Below, in pieces: positions 38,759 to 51,300 of a DNA stretch of 64,000 nt. Each line of letters starts with the position of its first letter. Within the stretch, counting starts at the first letter, position 1. The stretch comes from Tubiluchus corallicola (Eukaryota > Animalia > Priapulida). The stretch is from positions 204,369 through 268,368 of the forward strand of contig JAQGDQ010000326.1 of assembly GCA_030141605.1 (NCBI GenBank). Reading direction: 5' to 3'. The notes beneath the pieces were generated by a model. The model had not been told where the DNA came from. It saw only the letters and a program-made list of their open reading frames with translations, and ran no database searches. Made by a program: the position numbers and the translations under genes.

Positions 38759-41700
38759 ATGGAGCAAGTACAACAACGGGCTTCTAATTCTAGGCCTCAA
38801 GCATCAAATTCCGCAGAAGACAGTCATACAGAAGAAGTTGAAAATAATAATTTTAACAGAATAAAACTGATTCATGATGAGGCATACAAACACATTGATC
38901 AAGCTATAATTTTTGAGGAAGGTGGCGAAAATGTTAAAGCTTTGGAGTATTACAGAAAGGGACTAAGCTTAATCGATAGAGCTCTCGACAATTTTTGTGC
39001 GGAAACATGTGAAAAGAACCGGCAACTCCACAAGAAGCTGGTTGGTGCAAGAAGTGAAGTGGTTTCTAGAATTGAATTTTTAGAAACGCGTTGCTCCCCA
39101 AATATTGCAAGAGTTTATCCTTCATTGTATCAAGACAGCATGCTTTATGAAAACTCAGCAAGTGCAGAAACAAGTACTGTTATACCATCTGCTCCATCAG
39201 TTGATCTGGCAGACAGTCTGAGTGACAGCATTATAGAGGATATTGATGTTATGATACATCGCACAATTGTTGACCCAAATGCTTCGGAATTGTTTTGCAT
39301 ATCTACTGGTGTACAGCTGTTTTTTATTAATAGCCATGGTCATGTTAGTGCCCCTTCTTGCCCTGGGCCATTAAAGATATACAAATTTGCACAAAATGAA
39401 GAAAACTTTCAGGAAAAAAATCCACCAGCTTTTCTTCAGGTTTCCGATTGGGTGTTTCCTTTAGTACCTAATCAGTCTCCCGTATTGCGGAGTAGTGATG
39501 GATCATACATGTTTCCTGATATTGGTGCAAGCCAGCCAGGTAAATAAAAATTTTATGATGTATATTCACTGTTATGAAGACTTTAATGTGAAGACTTTTC
39601 AGTTGCCTGGCAGTTGTCATTTCAGTTGATTGTTGGTTTTGATAGCAGTTGTCATTTCAATTCGGTTTCAATAACTAGGCAGTTTTTTTATTGTAATTCA
39701 AATTAATATTTTGCTGCAGTAGAAATTTTTGTAGGTACCAACAATTCTAATTTGCACAAACAGATATTTTTGTTAGTTTTCATTTTGCTAGTCTGTAAGC
39801 TACCAAAAATTAATTTGCATTTTTCAGATTCCTATGTTGGTGTTAAACTGCCTGCAAACATTGATCCACAATGTAGACAAGAATTTGAAGAGCTGATGGA
39901 TCAGCTGAGTGCGTTGGTTATAGAAACCATTGAACCTCAACCAGCAGAGGAAGAAGCTGTAGTAATAGCTGCAAAGGAAGATCACATTAGTGATAAAGTA
40001 TCAAGAGGACTAATTATAGGTACTTTTGCTACTAAGTAGTGTTAAAGAAAAGAGGACAAGCAGATGTAATTTTCTGTGTATGGGACTGTTAGATGGGGGG
40101 GGGGGATATATATCGACAGTGAATTTTCCGATTGCCAGCAGTATCAAAGGTGTACCTTTTACCTTACATAACACAAAGTTTTCAATTCTATTTATTACTA
40201 CAAAATTAGTTGTATAACATTTTTAGTAAATTTGCAGCTAAGTTACTAAAATAAATAGATGCACATGCATTTGCATGAGTAAAAACAAATCTGATTTGAG
40301 TGAACTTAGTTTATATAGATTTGTCTTAATTCTGTGTAAAACAGACAGTATAAAAATTTTGTTGCAGGTGCTGAGTGGGTTGCATGGGGATTAACAAAAG
40401 GGGCAGAGAAGACAACGAAGCTTTTCAGGTATGGTTCAGCGAAATTCCGTGATCACGTTGCGCCAGATGATCAACCGGTAAAAGTGAATTCTAAGTATCA
40501 AACAGGACTTGATTATGCCAGCTCTGCTGCTGAGGTTGCTGTAAACGTCAGTAAAATAATTGGTATGTATCATAGTAAAGTTAGTATTGTTAGCTATAAA
40601 TACTTTATATGACATTTGACTTGCATGTAGTGAAAGTTAATATCATAGTTGAGAATGTTAGATTTAGAAACCAGTTAGTTAGAAGGTAAATCAAATCTTT
40701 TATTTAATTGTCTTTATTATTTAATTATTAATAATTAAATAGTAATTAAACCAATTATTTAATGTAAGCAAAGTGATGTAATAATGTGTGCAAAGTAAAA
40801 ATGCTTTTCAGAAACATATGCATTTTTAAGATTTTTTGTTTTCATTTTTTGATGAAATTGATGTTATTGTTTAAGAATTTGAAATTTAGAGACCAGTTAA
40901 ATAAATAAGTAAATTGACACATAGAGAAAATCCTTATTTGCCAATTAAAATCAGGTTTGTACAAAGTAAAAGTACTTTGCATATGTTGAACAGAAATCAT
41001 GTATGTTTTCCAATTTGTGGTTGGGTACAGAGTTTGTACTTGCTAAAAAGAAATGAAATTTTAAAGGCTGCATTTTGAACTTGATTAAGGCATATTAGCT
41101 TAGCTCCTTTTTGATTTTGGAATTATTAAATCATTTGTTTGATTCCGTTGCTTTTTCCTTCATATGAGAGAAGTTTGAAGTATTTGTTTAGTATCTTATT
41201 TCTTCTTTCGTTGTTTCTTTTTTACAATGTCTATTTCTCAATAATAACAATAAACTTTCACAGTGCGAGAATTTGAATTTTATTGCAGTTGACAAATTAG
41301 GTGAGGCTACAGTAGCTCTAGGAACTTACCTTGCACCTCATCTTAGAGAAGGTGCAGAAAAAATTTTACCAGATTCAGTGAAAAAACCAAATGCATCTGG
41401 GAAGTCAACAATGGATTCAGTAGTAACCGTCGTAGCTGGTGGTGTGCAAGGTAATAAATATAATAGGTGGTTGATTTTACTGGATTGTAATATTCTAAAA
41501 TAACTGTTGGCAGTCTCACATATAATATTACTAGATTATTAGATTATTGCTGCCTGCAATTTTGTATGTCTGTTGTATGTATGCGAGCTATAGAAACAGT
41601 GTTATACATTAACTGAAGCCATCCATGTTTTACAATTTTACACTCTTACAGTTTTTATATAAGTGCCACACTTGCACGATACAACACAAAGTTTAGTGTA

Positions 41701-43215
41701 ACTTTAGAGCATGGCACACTTGGGTGTTATCATTTGCAAAATAAAGTGATGCAAAATTTTGTACTTCTGCAGATCACTTAAGCACTGGTTTCACTCCATA
41801 AGTCACAGATACCATAAGTGTGACTATAAAATATTTGATTGAGGTTAAATGTAAATATATAAATTTTCGATAATCTTGTCAACACAAGATATGAAAGTAA
41901 ATCATACAGATTTACATATATTTATAATGTATGACATGATAAGTAGACATAATCATTTTCTTTAAAATGTAATTATTCCTACTGCCATTTTGCACAGACA
42001 ATGGCAATTTTCAGCATCTAATTTATGAAAGTTTTGAACTTATTTTTTCTAGGTTTTGGAACTGTTTATGTAGGTTTGGAAAGTGCGGGAAAGATTCTGG
42101 CTAAATCACTTCATAACGAAACAGTGACGATTGTTAACCACAAGTAAGATTGCGCTTTTAATCTATATTTTCTCTTCCCTTTTCAATACAGATTTTTTTA
42201 TTAACAGCCTTAGATTCCATTTGTAACGATAGTTTGAGAGTATTTTAAGTGAGTTTTTAATCCATTTTCTGACTTTGATGTTAAAACAATGTTGTCGGCA
42301 TACATGAGGCAGCTGATTCTTTTATTTTGTATTATAATTGGGTCACACGTATCATTAAACTTGTTAGGGAAATTGTTCAAAGACAACGAGGATAATGTTG
42401 AGCTCAGTACACACTCTTGTTTTACCCCAGAAGTACTCAGAAAATTATCTGCACAACCATGTAGCGTTTTTATTGAGTATTTGGCTTTGCTGTACATATC
42501 TTTTACAATGAGAAACATTTTCCCGTTTATACAATATTTTGCTAATTTATTAAATAGAGCATTTTGTCAGATGCTGTCAAATGCTTGTTTAATGTCGAAG
42601 AAACGTGTATAAAGTTGACCTTTATCTGCTTTTACTTGCTTATCGATCATTGGTTTTAATATTAATAAATGATAATTAGTGCTACTGCCTATACGGAAAC
42701 ATATTTGCGGTGGATGTATAATATCTCCTTTCTCCAAGTATTCATTTAGTCATTTAGTCGTTCATTGAGAATTTGTGTGTAAAAAGTTTGCTTAGGCAGC
42801 TGGAGATAGTAACGTCACGGTATTTTTGTGGGTCCTTTTTACTTCCATTTTTGTGAATTGGTACTATTAGGCTTTCGGACCATGCCGTGGGGTATATGCT
42901 TAGTAAATTAAATTAAATAATTTAGTTACATGTGGGGCTAGATATGTTATGGTACTTTTTATGACTTCATTTAATATATACATCTGTATTTACAGGTATG
43001 GATCAGAAGCTGGTAAAGCTTGTGATTCCGCAGTTCGTGCTGCTGTTAACACTGGCTTTACCGCCTACAACATCAGCCATCTTGGAGTAAAAGCTCTAGC
43101 AAAGCGGGCAGCAAAAGATACGGGGAAGGCGGCCATACGAGATTATTCTGAAGCTCATCTGGATGAACCCAAAACTGCAAAACTTTCATCGTTTTCAGCG
43201 GTGACAAAAAATTAA
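38759..43215 (+). CDS. SPART: Spartin (SPG20): MIT domain plus senescence domain, 546 aa
   Basis: Exons 38759-39539, 39828-40019, 40368-40562, 41289-41450, 42053-42143, 42996-43215 (1641 nt, all GT-AG, phases consistent). MIT-like HDEAYKHIDQAIIFEE..ALEYYRKGL; GVQLFFI..VSAPS.PG.L..PPAFLQVSDWVFPL; GAEWVAWGLTKGAEKT; GFGTVYVGLESAG..KYG. Probable 5' UTR exon ending at 37875, acceptor at 38734. Confidence 0.95.
42200..42915 (-). mobile_element. Non-LTR retrotransposon (LINE) reverse transcriptase fragment in the last spartin intron
   Basis: GVKQECVLSSTL..ISCLMYADNIVL (RT motifs) in ORF 42210..42518, and upstream WSESLIVPIHK..DPQKYR..ISSCLSK; degenerate. Confidence 0.85.
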
Positions 43216-44618
43216 ATTTGACAAAGTTACCGTGTTCTTATTTTCATGTATGATGTTTCAAAATTTGTGTAAGTTGAAGCGTTTGTTCATGTGAGATTTA
43301 CTTAGTGCATAATTACTTTGTGATGAATGTTAGTCTTAGTAAATAGGCTCTCATTCCAGTTTTTAATGCCAGTGTATTAGAAGCAACTGTTGAAGTACAT
43401 GTACATAAGCCAGCCGTCCTACATGATTTATTAAACATTTGTTGTATCTTTCCTGAAGTTTACTTCTTAAGATATTAGATTAAGATATGCTGCTGTACAC
43501 ACTATTTATCAGATTCGAGAATAATGCTATAGTTGACTGTGATGACATAGATGTGATTATATAATAGCATTGTAATTGTTGTGAGCATTACTGTTAAATT
43601 TTTAAATATTGTACTTTATTTTTTAGAACTATAATGTTATTATAACCAAGTTATTAGCCTAGCCATTTTCTGACGAATATTTTCAGATAACCATTCAGGT
43701 ACTATAATTACCTATATAGTGAAACTAGTCCAGAATGAGAAACATTTGGCTATTTTCTTATTGAGTTTTTTGTAACCAACTGCTTGAATATGTACATCAT
43801 TTACTGCTGCCATGAATCCATACTGCTGTCTCTCAAAAAAAAATAGAATACGGAGTAACTTTATTGTGATGCTATAATATTAAAAACTAATAAAAACATT
43901 ACATGAATGATGAGAACAAGAACAGTGTCATGGCAAAACAGACCTCCGTATAGAGTTACTTCCCAGGCAAGTAACCGAAACACCTGATCCATTACCATAT
44001 GTACATAACACAGTACAATATTTGTTAATGTTTTCTCTCAAGCTGCTACAAAGAACTTCATTATAAGATCATATGTGCATTAATTTCTGCTAAAATTTGA
44101 TATTGGATCTTTTCTGCAAAATAGAAAAAACTTAACTAGATTAATTATGGTAAATGAGGAATGAATTCTGACTTTCAGAAAATGACAAATGGTACATGTA
44201 TTAGCAGTTTTTTGTGGATGTGCCCATGGCATACAAGCATAACAGTGTAGTTAGTTTGGTATTAAATTATACTTGAATGAAAAACGATAACCATCTAATG
44301 TTGCGTTAATAATTAGACACGGGTGATTTAATGTGATAATGAGCAATTTTCATTAGACAATGGCTGCTGTTAGTGCGCATCCCCCACTTCCTTGACTGAT
44401 TTTATTATAAAATTAATATTTCCATTAAAATTTAAAAACGTTTTATAGCCATCACTGCTTTTGCCTTTTGTTTTTGCATGTGCCTTTTCCTGCGTTTTAA
44501 ATTGCTAATTAGTGGCATTAATTAAGCAACGATGCCTTTCTCTCAAACAAGCTAGTTGATTCACCTTTAAGATGGCCATTGTTTTTATTTGTCTTGCAGG
44601 TTTGGAGTGCATCTGCAG

Positions 44619-45200
44619 TTTTTTTTATAATAAACATATTTTTTATTTGTCACATCATAAAGCCTAAGGTGAATAGTAAAAAAATCTGCAGGCTTATACA
44701 TACATTGAAAATTGCAAAGTATATACAGAATTAATTCAGACTAAAGCATCAGAGAATTTTACATTGGCAAAATGCATCAGCTCTGTAAGCTAGCTAATTT
44801 CTAACCAATTTGAACTGCTAAAAATACTGAATATTTAACTAATTTCTACAGCGTAATCTTTTAGTCTTATTAATATATCCTTGCACTAATTGAAATAGAA
44901 CATTTTGATTGTGGTTTAGTTGCAGATTACCACACAGAAGGGTTGATATTTTATCCTGTGAATTGAGATTATTGAAATTAACAGCTATGGTATTAGAAAT
45001 AAATAAATCATAGAGTTTTTGATGGAGCTGGTATCTGCTTGCATTATGCAAAGGGCAATTGAGCAGATAATGGTGAACATTTTCAGTATGATATTTGCAC
45101 AAATAGTTTTTACTAACTACGTTTCCAGTATGTCATAACCGTGGCTACGTAGATGATCATTAAGTTGTGAAAAGTTTTGTGTGATGAAATGCGTTTGGTG
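44619..45200 (-). mobile_element. LINE (CR1/L2-like) ORF2 C-terminus and 3' UTR remnant
   Basis: SQLNDHL...CKYHTENVHHYLLNCP..LLCGN..VQGYINKTKRL (C-terminal Cys/His motif), ending in AATAAAAAATATGTTTATTATAAAAAAAA. Confidence 0.65.
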
Positions 45201-46435
45201 TATTACCTTATGTAAAATATTTTGGTCTTTAACGTGTTTTTTTACTTTAGATACGAATATACTCAAAGACATAGTAATGTTCCGCAGGTTTGAACCTGAT
45301 TGGAGTATAAAGAGACATGCCTTATCCGCCTTGATAATAGCAATAAAACTAGCTTTCACTGTTGTATTCTCCTCAGATGATTCATAATTAGACATAAAAT
45401 TATCAAGAAAAGAAATACATTGTCAAGACAACAATACCAACAAAACCACGATGAAATTTAACAGTTATTTGTGCCGTCCTGATAATGTGTATATTGTAAA
45501 CATTGCGTGTTAAAATCATGAAAGATAAAGATAATTTAAGATTCATCACCAGTATGTTTTCTTTAAAGTGTCAAAATTTGCCGTTTTGCAATTGCCGTAA
45601 TTACGACTCTCATTAACATGCAAAAGTAGACATCTAATTATGACCATATTTAATTTAATAAAACTGTAGAATTATAATGAACTAGAGCAACTGTCACTTG
45701 GTCATGGACGGAAAACTGGTGTGTGACTAAAATTATGCATCAAGGATAATTCAGGAATGAAAGCTTAAACAGGACATGTCAGACCTGCAGCTGATGAAAT
45801 TAAAAAATAATAGAAAATCATTATAGTTAAACAAGTTATTTTTATTGATCAATAATAATAATAAAATAAATGAAATAAAAGTCTATTCTTGCAATAATAA
45901 TAATACAACCACTTTTTACTGTCACTGTAACAATGGTGGAAAACTCGTGCAACTAATTGTATGATTAATTATTGAGAAGACTATCCACTATAATGAAAAC
46001 AGTGTATATCTGTTTAGACCAAATCTTAGTGTTTTAAATGGTATATACAACACTTAACATGGCAAGAAGACTTCAAAAGCAAATAGTGTCAAATCATGCT
46101 ATTGGCTACTGGAGCTGCTTCTTAACTTTAGGTTAAACATACTAACATTTTGTTTTAGAGTACTTATATGATTAAATAATGAAATTTTCAAGTTCTTTAC
46201 ATTCCAAGTTTAAACTCATCTTCAAATTGACACATGAAATGCTATGGAAAACTTAACTAAAACTTCTGACAAACGTCTAGGTATGCTTCTGGAAAATCAG
46301 CATATTACAGGGATAACTCTATTGGCATACGAGTACAATACACAATACGGTCATTACCAAAAGACACGACATTCTGTTCTGAAAGTTCAAAAAAGTATTA
46401 CAGCCTATTAATAGCATTCTTTAGTAGCTTATAAT

Positions 46436-49400
46436 TCATAAAATGCCTTCTTTCCTGTCCTGCATCAAATGTGGTTCACCTATTACTTCAGAATCGGCTG
46501 CATCTATAACAAAAAATATTACGGAATAGTACAGTGACAGTGAATTAGTAATTACATTAGAACTTTTTCCACTTTAACAGCTGCTGCATAAGTCAGTTTG
46601 ACAGAAGATAGTCTGTAGGAAACAGAGTGAGAGAATGTATTTTAGGAACACAGTTAACCCACCCATCTGTTTTAACAACAGACAGGTACGGATGTTAACG
46701 GTAACGATACACATCGATAATCATCATGTAGTTGTTTGAATAATCTTCTTGATCTTTTTCCCTGCAATAGCGGCTGTCTTCACTCGATTTACTGCCATAC
46801 AAATGCCTATTTTTAGAGGCATTTTCCCAGTTACATCACTTATGTGCAGGCAGTAGACTCAGATAAATATATTATGTAGTAATACGTCTATATGTGATAT
46901 ATTTATATGTTACAGCTCACATATTAATATTACTTAATGACTAAACAAAGAAAAGAACTTTGTTATAAATTACACGTATCTATAAATTAAATGGGGAAAT
47001 AGCCTGCAAAAATAGGCTGCTGCAATACACTGAGACTCACCGCACTGAGAACCACACGTTCAGTATAGTTTTTGTCGTTTGCAATAATTTATTGTATCAT
47101 ATAGTAAGATGAAAAACAGATTATTGTTATCAAATCGCCAAATGTGTATCCTCCAAGATCCCTACATACAGGTAAGTATCTATTATGTTCAATCAATGTA
47201 TGTACAGTATAAGATGAGATTTATTCTACCTTGAAGTAATCATACATCACTATAATATCTCACATTTTGTTATAATCATCATAATATCCAACATAAGGTT
47301 CAAAACACTTAAAAATATTAGCACTTGGTACGATGAAAAACATTAAAATGGTAGCAGCAGTTTATTAGCTGGATTTTATGACACAAAATTTACATCAAAA
47401 TTTTACCTCAGCATTTCATATTCAAACTCGCCATTGGAAAACAATATGCATACACTGCATTAAACATCTGATATCTAAAGTGATTTACAAGGAAACTGTG
47501 TAACTTATCAACTTATCAATACACCTTAATTCAAAGTCTTTTTAATGTTAAACCGTTTGCCTTAATAAATATTTTTTTGAACATAAAAACTGTTACGAAG
47601 ACAAGAAAAGCAAAATCAAATTCATGCTCTAATATCTCCTGCTGTTACAAATCTTGTAGCAAAGTGAGTACTTACTACAAAGAACGTCTTCAAAAGATAA
47701 TGTGTCCTCAGCTCCGGTTAATGTATCTAACATAACATTAGAACTCGCTATGCCAGGCAATCGAGCAACCTGAAAAAGATTTAAAAATAATAATAGTGAA
47801 GAAAATAGAACTATGAAATCTAAGAAAGTCACAACTTATAATCAGACTAACTGACTAGGAGAATTATAATCAAGTGAGTGCCAAATAAATTACATTCTGC
47901 CATTTTAACAAAAGGTGGCAGCACCTGAATATTCTAAAATCCACTATGTTAAATTTTGGTATTAATAACAGAATACAAAACAACATCGGTTTATTACCAC
48001 AGATGGTTTAAATTCTAAAAGGTTTACAAGTTTAATATAATTATTGCATAGCTAAATAGCAAATGTGCAGACCAAAATTACACAGTTATAAATTGATCTT
48101 CTTATCACTGCTACGAGCACTTGTAACGAGCATTCTATACATATACATATCCAATTAATATACATTCACATCTTGGTTTGCCAGACAAAAGTGGGGAGAC
48201 ATCGGTCCAAATTTTCCACTTGTCAGTATTTACCGATACTAAGTTAATACAGTAGACGCTGTGAATTAGAGTCACGGTAATGTAGAATCGATCGCTTAAT
48301 TGTCTCAAAAACATCTAGTACGGACCACTCTTATGCAAAAGTATATAAAAACTATCGGCAATTGACTCTAATAACTCCGCATAATTGACTATATTTTTTC
48401 TGCACATGCTTAAATAAAATCTTTTGTGTGACCAGTGAGCTTTAACTATTTCTATGTTTTCTTATTTTGCATTTGTGCACTATAATATACATTGAAACGA
48501 TCACGTTAAGTGTAGTCATTACATGCTGTTTGGTTACACTGATGTAATGATGTAAACAAAGTGACAACCCGTCAACTAGCAGTCAGCTTGCGAAACAAAG
48601 AACTGTGTCCGTAGTATGCGGGACTTTTTAACGGTCCAGATTTCGCCCGATTCTTCCGGTATCCGTTAAAGCGAGGTCCAGCAAACCTAGATATGAGTAT
48701 ATATCCTAGAATATTTACAATGCTGGGTGTATATACCCAGGTTACATATGAAAATCCACTGCAAAAGCAGAAACAAATACCCTCAAATTTAACCAGTTTT
48801 AAGATCTAGAGCTAGTTATACAGATAAGGCAGCACTAAAGCAGCCAATGGACAATCATCTTTTAAATCTGTTAGTGAAATGCTACTATACATGACAAGAA
48901 ATGGGCACATCGTCAATAACACAATACAAAACATAATTTTGCAATAAAACTATTCCATCATTGGAACAATAAATTTATTCAATTTATTAGAATAAATGCA
49001 GCTGACACTGCAAACCATTTTACCCTGCTTGCTGCTTTCCGCTCCATTTGTAACCGTAAAGGTGCATGAATCCCTTGAATGTTCCGTAACATATTCATAT
49101 CCATTTCTGATTGATGAGCAGCATACTAAATATGAGAGGAGTAATAAGCACAAATGATATCCAAATACTAACTATGTATAAGCTTTTGAATACTATTGTG
49201 TTTGGAAAGTGCTCAGTCGCTTACAAATGTTAGACAAAGATCAACTGCTTAGAACATGTTTGACTGCGCTGACTTGACAACAAATTTCAACACCTCGTGG
49301 TATCAATTTTTTGTTCTACTGTTTTGTTTTGCTCCATTGCACTGATGCAGGGGATTTATTACTCTGATAAAAATTGTGAAATAAGTAAGAAAGGAACATC

Positions 49401-50813
49401 TTTGACCATCATACTAAATAGCCATTGTCCATGTCAGCTTTACTCTGATAGCTACAAATACAGATATTGGTCACTACAGTCTATAATAATTAAATTAAGA
49501 CTGTGCACTTTCCAAATTAAAGTTAAGATTGTTAAAAGTAAGTTGTAGCAAGTGCATTACATTTAAGTCTAGGAAATTCGATAAAAATGTTCGAGACTTA
49601 AATGTAACGAACCTAATGAGACTTAAATGTACTTGCTTTTAACAAATGTAACTTTAATTCAGTGCTGTAAAAATCAATGTATAAGATGTATAAAAAATTC
49701 TGTTTTATCGTCATATTCTAGCAAGACGCCAAATCATGATACTGTGTATGAGTGTACATGTTAATTACAAAGGTGTAGCAAGAGGGCAGGGGCGATAGTC
49801 ACAGGGCACAAGTGTGAGAAGGCAAAAACTCTTCTATAGTTTAATGACTGTTAATTATTTATTAGTAATCAGACATTAGCAAATAACAAAAGTCTTCAAA
49901 CTACAGTAAAACTGCAAAGTCAGAGGTCATCGTAGTTGACTACAGATTGATAATTTTGGGAGAAACAGTGCCATTATTCTCTAAATGCCAATAGTATTTT
50001 TATGAAAACCTGTAGATTTTCATGTTTTAATGTTGGAATGCATAACAATGGTCATGTTACGAACAACTTTCTAGGCCAATGTTTAACAAAGAGTTAACTC
50101 ATGGCGATTCTTAGAAAAAAATTGTTTATCCCATCATGTCGATACAGAAAAGGGGGCTCAGAGACGTAAAAATGTGCACAATTTGTGGCTTTACCCATGA
50201 AACAAATGATCAAAACATTAAAAGAGCCCGAAGTGTTTTTGTCCCTGGGCATCACAAACACTTGCTACGCCACTGGTTAATTATGCTATTATAAAGGTCG
50301 AAAAACACCTACCTTTTTTTCGGACAGTTGCAAGGGATGTGAATTTGGAGTGCTCAGTTTGTTGTGTATTAAGCTGCAACAAAAAAATGTTTAACTATTA
50401 AAATGAAATTAACCTAAACGTATCAGGAGAATAATGAGAGACTTTTTGATTGCAAAATAACTTTCTTTATTCTGGGAACAAACTGCTGGAAAAAAGGTTC
50501 ACACTAAACAAGATAAGTTTTGCGTGGTTCTTATGAAAATAAACTCTTTGGCGCAGTCCGTTGTAGTTAGCAAGCCAAATAATTACACAATCAAAAATAC
50601 TATTCTTAACTATATTAAAGTAATAATAATAGAGCTTTTGCAAATATTTCACTGCGCTTGCAAGAATAACTTATCCACCACAGCAATTATGTAAAGTTGT
50701 ATAAATCTCATAAATACTTGTACCAGAACTCACCCGTGGGTCATCTTATCCACTGTTGCTTCACTTACAGATCCTGTGAATTTCTGTTCAGGTTTAGGAC
50801 GTACAGACTGCAT
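46436..50813 (-). CDS. POMP: Proteasome maturation protein POMP/UMP1 (about 134 aa)
   Basis: Exons 50813-50734, 50373-50313, 49125-49024, 47769-47676, 46503-46436 (80+61+102+94+68 = 405 nt, GT-AG). Protein ..DKMTHGLIHNKLSTPNSHPLQLSEKKYAAHQSEMDMNMLRNIQGIHAPLRLQMERKAASRVARLPGIASSNVMLDTLTGAEDTLSFEDVLC..EVIGEPHLMQDRKEGIL carries the UMP1 motifs HPLE, RNIQG.APL.LQME and FED. The true start could be an ATG in an upstream exon (acceptor at 50823 is in frame). Confidence 0.95.
49768..50275. mobile_element. hAT-type MITE in a POMP intron
   Basis: Imperfect TIRs CAAAGGTGTAGCAAG / CTTGCTACGCCACTG, flanked by an exact 8-bp TSD GTTAATTA (49760-49767 and 50276-50283). Confidence 0.85.
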
Positions 50814-51204
50814 ATTAGATATCTAGACAAAATAACCATGAAAGAAGAAGTTAATAGTCCTATTTCTATTTATCAACAAAATATACTGTACATTTGTAGG
50901 CATTTTTTATATTTATTATTCGCATAATCTCTAGTGCTTGCAAAATAGTTCACAGGTCGTAAATAATAACAGACAAAATCATTCACAAAACAATTCTTTG
51001 GTAAATTTAGCATTATTGAAAGTCATTTTTAATTACTTTTAAGTGATCATGTATCAAGTAATTGAGCTCCTTATCCACTTTCAAACCCATTTTTTGCCCT
51101 GTAGCCACTGATGTTAGTTTTTTCTTTAAAATTTAACAAATATTGGTGAAATTCTTCATGTAAAAGTATAAAAAAATTGTTCAACATTTTTAAAAGTTCA
51201 ACTC

Positions 51205-51300
51205 TTTGAAAGGCTGGAAATGTGAACAGTTATGACACAGCCTGGATTTGAACCAGGGACCTTCGGCATATAAGGCCGGCTACATAACAACTAGGTACGG
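51205..51300 (-). mobile_element. tRNA-derived SINE head, related to 8790-8870
   Basis: Minus strand AAGGTCCCTGGTTCAAATCCAGG (T-arm/B-box) and the shared downstream TTCCAGCYTTTCA. Confidence 0.55.

Noticed and set aside
48248-48690. Tc1/pogo-type MITE in a POMP intron
   Set aside because: The TIR-like ends do not match each other and no TSD could be confirmed
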